From an uncultured Erysipelotrichaceae bacterium (GTDB lineage Bacteria; Bacillota_I; Bacilli_A; RF39; UBA660): 64,000 bases of DNA. The stretch covers positions 2,281-66,280 of the forward strand of contig CACZXL010000003.1 in assembly GCA_902785135.1 (NCBI GenBank). The letters are read 5' to 3'. Of the stretch, positions 62,397 to 64,000 are shown one piece after another. The position numbers were made by a program, and so were the translations under genes. Numbering within the stretch: the stretch's first letter is position 1; each line of letters begins with the position of its first letter. Below the pieces are notes generated by a model that searched no databases, was not told where the DNA came from, and saw only the letters and a program-made list of their open reading frames with translations.

Positions 62397-63512
62397 ATGG
62401 CTACAAATACAAATGCTAAAAAAACTGGAGGTTTTTTAGGAGGAATTGTAATCTTCTTAGTAGGTATATTTGTTCTTTGGAGTAATGAAGGTAGAACAGT
62501 TAAAGAACAAAATGCTATTAATGAAGCTATGAAAGGATACACAGATGTATCAAGTGCAAAAATTAATTCAAAATATGAAGGAAAGATAATCGCAACTACT
62601 GGTAAGATTGATTTATCAAATTCACCAGAAGTTAAAGATTCAAAATTTGGTATTTCTACTAAATCAGTAAAATTAAAAAGAATAGTAGAAATGTATCAAT
62701 GGGATGAAAGTTGTAAAACAGATGATAATGACAAAGAAGAATGTACATATGAAAAAACTTGGTCTGATAAAGTTTTAGATTCATCTGAATACAAAAAAGC
62801 AGGACATGAAAATCCATCTTCAATGAAAATTGAAGGAGATGAATATGTAACTTCAAATGTTAAGGTAGGAGCATTTGAATTACCAGAAAGATTAGTAAAT
62901 TCATTAACTTATAATAAAGATTATAATAATGAAAAATTAACTGAACAATATAAAGTTCCAGTAGAAGGATATGTTATTAATGAAAAATATATTACTAATT
63001 CTGAAGATGTAAATGATCCAAAAGTTGGAGATTTAAGAATTTCTTATAAATACGCAACTGATGGAGAAGTTAGTATTATTGGTGTTCAAAGTGATAATAC
63101 TATAAAAGCATATACAGCTAAAAAAGGAAAAAATATATTTGAAATTAGAAGAGGAAGCTATACAGGTAGAGAAATACTTGAAAGTAAATCAAATGCTAAT
63201 AAAACATTAAAATGGGCATTAAGAGTATTAGGAACTATTTTAGTAATTAGTGGAATAGGTTCTTTATTCGCTCCACTTCAAAGATTAACTGATAAGATTC
63301 CAGTAGTAGGAAGTATAGTTAATTTCTCTACAGGATTATTCTCAGGTGTATTAGGATTTGCTATTTCATTAGTAGTAATCGCAATCGCATGGTTTAGATT
63401 TAGACCAGTACTATCTATAATTTTAATTGTAGTAGTAATAGGTTTAATTGGATTCCTAAAATATAAAGGTATTAAATTACCATCAAAAACTCCAGAAAAA
63501 AATAAAAAATAA
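62397..63512 (+). CDS. TMEM43/DUF1625 family membrane protein
   Basis: LW.NEGR.V, LKR.VEMYQW.E, P.VGDLRISY, C-terminal IAWF.FRP. Confidence 0.85.
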   Translation: MATNTNAKKTGGFLGGIVIFLVGIFVLWSNEGRTVKEQNAINEAMKGYTDVSSAKINSKYEGKIIATTGKIDLSNSPEVKDSKFGISTKSVKLKRIVEMYQWDESCKTDDNDKEECTYEKTWSDKVLDSSEYKKAGHENPSSMKIEGDEYVTSNVKVGAFELPERLVNSLTYNKDYNNEKLTEQYKVPVEGYVINEKYITNSEDVNDPKVGDLRISYKYATDGEVSIIGVQSDNTIKAYTAKKGKNIFEIRRGSYTGREILESKSNANKTLKWALRVLGTILVISGIGSLFAPLQRLTDKIPVVGSIVNFSTGLFSGVLGFAISLVVIAIAWFRFRPVLSIILIVVVIGLIGFLKYKGIKLPSKTPEKNKK

Positions 63513-63560
63513 TTCCTAAATGGAATTATTTTTTTATGTTATAATTATAATGGTGATTAT

Positions 63561-64000
63561 ATGAAGGATTTTCTAAATTATTTAAATGAAATTAATGATT
63601 TAAGTTCACTTACAATAATGCTTATGTGGGAAATAGATACTAAGGTACCTAAAGATTCTATAGATTATTATTCTGATTTATTAAATAAAAACGATAGTAA
63701 AATATTTGAAATGAGTACTTCTGATAAATATATTGAATTATTAGATAACGCAATTAATAGTGATGAATTTAAAAAGTTAGAAGAACATAAGAAACTATAT
63801 TTTTTACATTTAAAAGAAGATTATGAAAAAGAAAAAAGAATACCTAAAGAATTATTTGAAGAATATTCTAAACAAAAAATAATATCAAGACAATCATGGG
63901 CTGAAGCTAAAGATAAAAAAGATTATAAAATATTTAAACCTGATTTAGAAAAAATGATTGAATTAACTAAAAAAATATTTAGTTATATAAATCCAAATAG
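63561..64000 (+). CDS. Carboxypeptidase M32 (Taq type), truncated by the window end
   Basis: Not in the ORF track. Reads MKDFLNYLNEIN..LMWEIDTKVP..KRIPKEL..S.QSW.EAK.K.DYKIFKP.LEKMIEL. Confidence 0.82.
   Translation, partial: MKDFLNYLNEINDLSSLTIMLMWEIDTKVPKDSIDYYSDLLNKNDSKIFEMSTSDKYIELLDNAINSDEFKKLEEHKKLYFLHLKEDYEKEKRIPKELFEEYSKQKIISRQSWAEAKDKKDYKIFKPDLEKMIELTKKIFSYINPN

Overview
Very AT-rich (roughly 23-25% GC by eye), gene-dense chromosomal segment, almost all coded on the + strand with standard code 11 (TGA is a stop, TGG is Trp). Gene content and style point to a genome-reduced Bacilli lineage such as RF39; this taxonomy is inference. Housekeeping genes include pcrA, galU, ligA, dusB, lysS, scpAB, trmB, tyrS, rimM, trmD, trpS, rplS, lepB, rbgA, rnhB, topA, serS, folD, miaB, mscL and tRNA-Met. 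They are interspersed with many orphan or accessory genes, often single-gene units with their own promoter. No integrase, transposase, prophage or CRISPR array is visible. Main observations: (1) about 9 unrelated orphan proteins share a basic K-x-K-x-L-x-L/K C-terminal tail, a candidate export or targeting tag; (2) an unannotated 29-aa leader peptide with mutually exclusive terminator, antiterminator and anti-SD helices upstream of an ABC exporter; (3) strong enrichment of GCG/CGC (TGCGA) words with possible strand polarity; (4) two T-boxes whose first downstream gene is a passenger gene rather than the synthetase; (5) a TrmD C-terminal fusion; (6) a thioester-domain adhesin plus sortase with a non-canonical sorting motif; (7) sporulation-related small genes missed or unexplained by the ORF track.
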